From assembly GCA_963736855.1 (NCBI GenBank), contig CAVTQK010000015.1:448001-512000 (forward strand): a stretch of 64,000 nt of DNA, given 5' to 3'. The notes under the pieces were generated by a model. The model made no database searches. It had not been told where the DNA came from and saw only the letters and a program-made list of their open reading frames with translations. This document shows, in pieces, positions 61,214-64,000 of the stretch (its first letter is position 1; every line of letters begins with the position of its first letter). Made by a program: the position numbers and the translations under genes. Origin of the DNA: an uncultured delta proteobacterium (lineage in GTDB: Bacteria; Desulfobacterota; Desulfobacteria; Desulfobacterales; UBA2156).

Positions 61214-61633
61214 TCACCGCATCGCAGCGGCGATTTTTTCTCCGGTTTTTCGAATCAAGGTCATATCTCCGGGAACAAGATCCCACTGGGTCATGGAGAT
61301 TTCAGGGCTATTGGCCGTTCGCGGAATAAGATGGAGGTGGTAGTGCATCACCAGTTGGTTGACTCCCCGTCCGTTGAGCTGAAGGACGGCCACACCGGTT
61401 GGGTCCAAAGCGTTACGGATAGCCCGGGCAATTTTTTTCGAGGCCACATGAATAGCGGCAAGATCTTCTTCCGATATTTCCCAGATGTTTTCAGCGTGGG
61501 TCTTTGGGATGATCAGTGTGTGGCCGGCTGAAATGGGGTTGATGTCCTCGAAGGCTAAGACGCGAGCGTCTTCGTATACCTTCACGGATGGAATTTCACC
61601 CTGCACGATTTTACAGAAAATGCAGTCCGGCAT
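61214..61633 (-). CDS. HIT family protein
   Basis: DCIFCKI, GHTLIIPK, HYHLHLIP. Confidence 0.93.
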   Translation of the reverse strand: MPDCIFCKIVQGEIPSVKVYEDARVLAFEDINPISAGHTLIIPKTHAENIWEISEEDLAAIHVASKKIARAIRNALDPTGVAVLQLNGRGVNQLVMHYHLHLIPRTANSPEISMTQWDLVPGDMTLIRKTGEKIAAAMR

Positions 61634-61652
61634 AAAAAGCCTCCTTTCATTT

Positions 61653-62450
61653 TTACTTTTTGTCGATGCTGTCCTTGATCCGTTGAATCCAAGATTTTTT
61701 AATTTTGACTTTCAGTATAGCATCGCCGGATTCACCTCCATGCTTTCCTGGTTTTCCCATTTTTGCAAGCCGGATCAGCTGGCCGTCTTTTATCCCTTTA
61801 GGGATTTTTACGATCAGCTTTTTGTTTTTTTGGCGAAGAAAATAAGCATACGGTCCTCCTTCTTGGGCATGCGAGGGATCCAAGACGATCCTGTCGTGGA
61901 TATCGGTGCCTTTTTCCGGCCTGCCTCCGGGAATTAGTTTTTTAAACAGATATTTTCCAATGCGGACTAGTGGTTGCGGTAAGGCTTGTCCGGGATTCCC
62001 CTCGACTTTCTTTCCGGTTGACCCGAAAAAGACGAAGCCTTTGGCGAAAAGACCCGGGCGATGCACCTGAAAAGTTCGGTAATTTGGGCCATGGGTTTCC
62101 TTAAAAATTGCGTCGAACCCCCGCAGGCCGAAGGCTTTCGCCATCTCTTCGAATACAGCCTGGATATCGGATCCGGAGAATATGTCCTGATCCGCGTAGG
62201 TTGTGCGGAAATGCTGGTGGGCATTTTGTCCGAAACGGTTTCGATAGGCATCGTATTCCTGTCGTTTGGTTGCATTCGACAAGACCGCATAGGCTTCGTT
62301 GATCCGCTTCATCCGGTCTGCGGCATGCGGATCGTTGGCGTTGCGGTCCGGATGGTACTGGAAGGCCAGTCGTCGATAGGCCTCTTTAATTTCCTGCACT
62401 GAGGCAGTCGGTCGGATTTCTAAGGTTTGGTAGTAATCCTGAGTTGCCAT
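61653..62450 (-). CDS. DnaJ domain protein (class B-like)
   Basis: DYYQTL, YHPDRN, INEAYAVLS, C-terminal VKIPKG...GDAIL. Confidence 0.88.
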   Translation of the reverse strand: MATQDYYQTLEIRPTASVQEIKEAYRRLAFQYHPDRNANDPHAADRMKRINEAYAVLSNATKRQEYDAYRNRFGQNAHQHFRTTYADQDIFSGSDIQAVFEEMAKAFGLRGFDAIFKETHGPNYRTFQVHRPGLFAKGFVFFGSTGKKVEGNPGQALPQPLVRIGKYLFKKLIPGGRPEKGTDIHDRIVLDPSHAQEGGPYAYFLRQKNKKLIVKIPKGIKDGQLIRLAKMGKPGKHGGESGDAILKVKIKKSWIQRIKDSIDKK

Positions 62451-62727
62451 TTCGGGGCTTGGCCTCCTGGCGGTGGTGTTTTGGCTGTTATGAGGCCAAA
62501 GGAATTCTTCACGGTGGTTCCGGTCCCTTTCCAACGCTTGGTGTTTTCTATTTAAATGCCGTCGCGGAAAAATGTCAATGGAATAACATGGAATAACATC
62601 CCCGTTGAGGCCGGGAATCGGACCATCCTGTTGTGTTTTCATATGCGTGGGTTTATAATATAACCGGTTAAAGTGCTTGAAAAAAGAGCCGACGATATCG
62701 GATCCAAACGCCGAATGAGAGGCCGCG

Positions 62728-64000
62728 GTGAAGAACTTTGATGCAATTATCGTAGGGGCTGGTCCGGCCGGCCTCTTTGCCGCTTATTATCTGGCCGAAC
62801 AATCCGATGCCAAGATCCTGGTGATCGAAAAAGGGAAAGCGGTCTCTGCGAGAAAATGCCCGATAAACGAAACCGGTGCATGCACCCGGTGTAAACCATG
62901 CCATATTCTTTCCGGCGTCGGTGGCGCCGGCCTTTTTTCGGACGGGAAGCTGAATTTCATTTCCAAACTGGGAAAAACGGACCTGACTCAGTTCATGGAC
63001 GTGGCCGCGGCCCAGACCCTCATCGACGAAACCGAATCGATATTCAACCGGTTTGGCATGAACGGCCCAAGCTTCCCCACGGATATGCATGCGGCCCGGC
63101 GCCTGCGAAAGCAGGCCAAGATACACGGTGTGGATCTGATGATTATCCGACAAAAACACCTCGGTAGCGATTGCCTTCCCGCCCATATTTTAGAGCTGAG
63201 TGAGTATATCCGGCAACGCGGCGTTTCCATTCACACCTCAGAAGAAGTCACTGATGTAAGGGTGGAAAACGGTCGAGTGAAGGGCATTGAAACGGATCGG
63301 AAATTTTATCCCGCCAGAAACGTGATTCTGGCTCCGGGCAGGGTGGGTGCGAGATGGATGAGCGCCATTGCAGCAAAGCATCACATCGGATTGACACAGA
63401 GGGGAATCGAGGTAGGGGTTCGGGTGGAGGTGCACAATGAGATTTTCCAGGACCTGTGCGGGGTCATCTACGATCCGGTCTTCTTTGTTCAGACCGAGAA
63501 GTACGATGATCAAGCCCGAACGTTTTGCACCAATTGGGGCGGGTTCGTCTCACAGGAAAATTACAGCGATTTTGTCTGCGTCAACGGTCATGCTCTCAGG
63601 CACATCAAATCCGAAAACACGAACTTTGCCTTTTTATCCAAGGTGGTGCTGACCGAACCGGTGACCGACAATCAGGCCTATGGGGAGTCCATCGGGAGTC
63701 TTGCCACGCTGATTGGGGGGGGAAAACCCATATTACAGCGGTTCGGCGATCTCAAGCGGGGCCGACGAAGTACTTGGCGACGAATCCGTAACAGTACAAT
63801 AAGTCCTACCTTGACGGATGTGGTTTGCGGGGATATCGCCATGGCTCTTCCCGAGAGAATCCTTGCCAATATTCTGGAAGGCCTGGAAAAACTCAATTAC
63901 GTGGTGCCCGGTGTCGCCAACGCGGAAACCCTTTTATATGCGCCAGAGATCAAATTTTTTGCGACCCAGGTACAAACGGATTCCAATCTCGAGACTCCGA
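62728..64000 (+). CDS. FAD-dependent oxidoreductase (runs off window)
   Basis: Own translation from GTG: KNFDAIIVGAGPAG, Cys cluster CPINETGACTRCKPC, GGAGLFSDGKL, GVRVE. Confidence 0.85.
   Translation, partial: MKNFDAIIVGAGPAGLFAAYYLAEQSDAKILVIEKGKAVSARKCPINETGACTRCKPCHILSGVGGAGLFSDGKLNFISKLGKTDLTQFMDVAAAQTLIDETESIFNRFGMNGPSFPTDMHAARRLRKQAKIHGVDLMIIRQKHLGSDCLPAHILELSEYIRQRGVSIHTSEEVTDVRVENGRVKGIETDRKFYPARNVILAPGRVGARWMSAIAAKHHIGLTQRGIEVGVRVEVHNEIFQDLCGVIYDPVFFVQTEKYDDQARTFCTNWGGFVSQENYSDFVCVNGHALRHIKSENTNFAFLSKVVLTEPVTDNQAYGESIGSLATLIGGGKPILQRFGDLKRGRRSTWRRIRNSTISPTLTDVVCGDIAMALPERILANILEGLEKLNYVVPGVANAETLLYAPEIKFFATQVQTDSNLETP

Overview
Bacterial chromosomal window, most likely Desulfobacterota/deltaproteobacterial (inferred from gene order and repeat types). 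About 60 CDS; no rRNA, tRNA or CRISPR array was seen. 1-19.3 kb is a cell-envelope supercluster: lysS-lolC/E-lolD-bamA-skp-lpxD-fabZ-lpxA-lpxI-gnnA-like-lpxB-DUF374/lpxJ-like-msbA-PAP2 phosphatase-GT2, plus a convergent GT39/ArnT-like gene and a divergent lptF. This points to a non-canonical, possibly dephosphorylated and sugar-capped lipid A. 19.6-29.2 kb is housekeeping (fba, NUDIX, hisFH, mazG, cvpA, phoH-7TM/HD-ybeY). 29.2-35.3 kb is an accessory, decaying segment: an internally deleted IS256 relic, a secreted Ala/Pro protein, an HrpA C-terminal fragment, a site-2-protease-like gene without catalytic motifs, and a GC-rich island carrying two SPFH genes bounded by a ubiE/menG 3' fragment and an IS1-like fragment. 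35.6-64 kb is mostly housekeeping (thiolase, gyrA, gpsA, radC, pgk, PBP1A, CNT transporter, cbiB, DnaJ-like and others). Intergenic DNA holds a family of MITE-like palindromic elements and several 7-9-nt tandem-repeat patches. Frameshifts in msbA and gyrA are probably sequencing errors.
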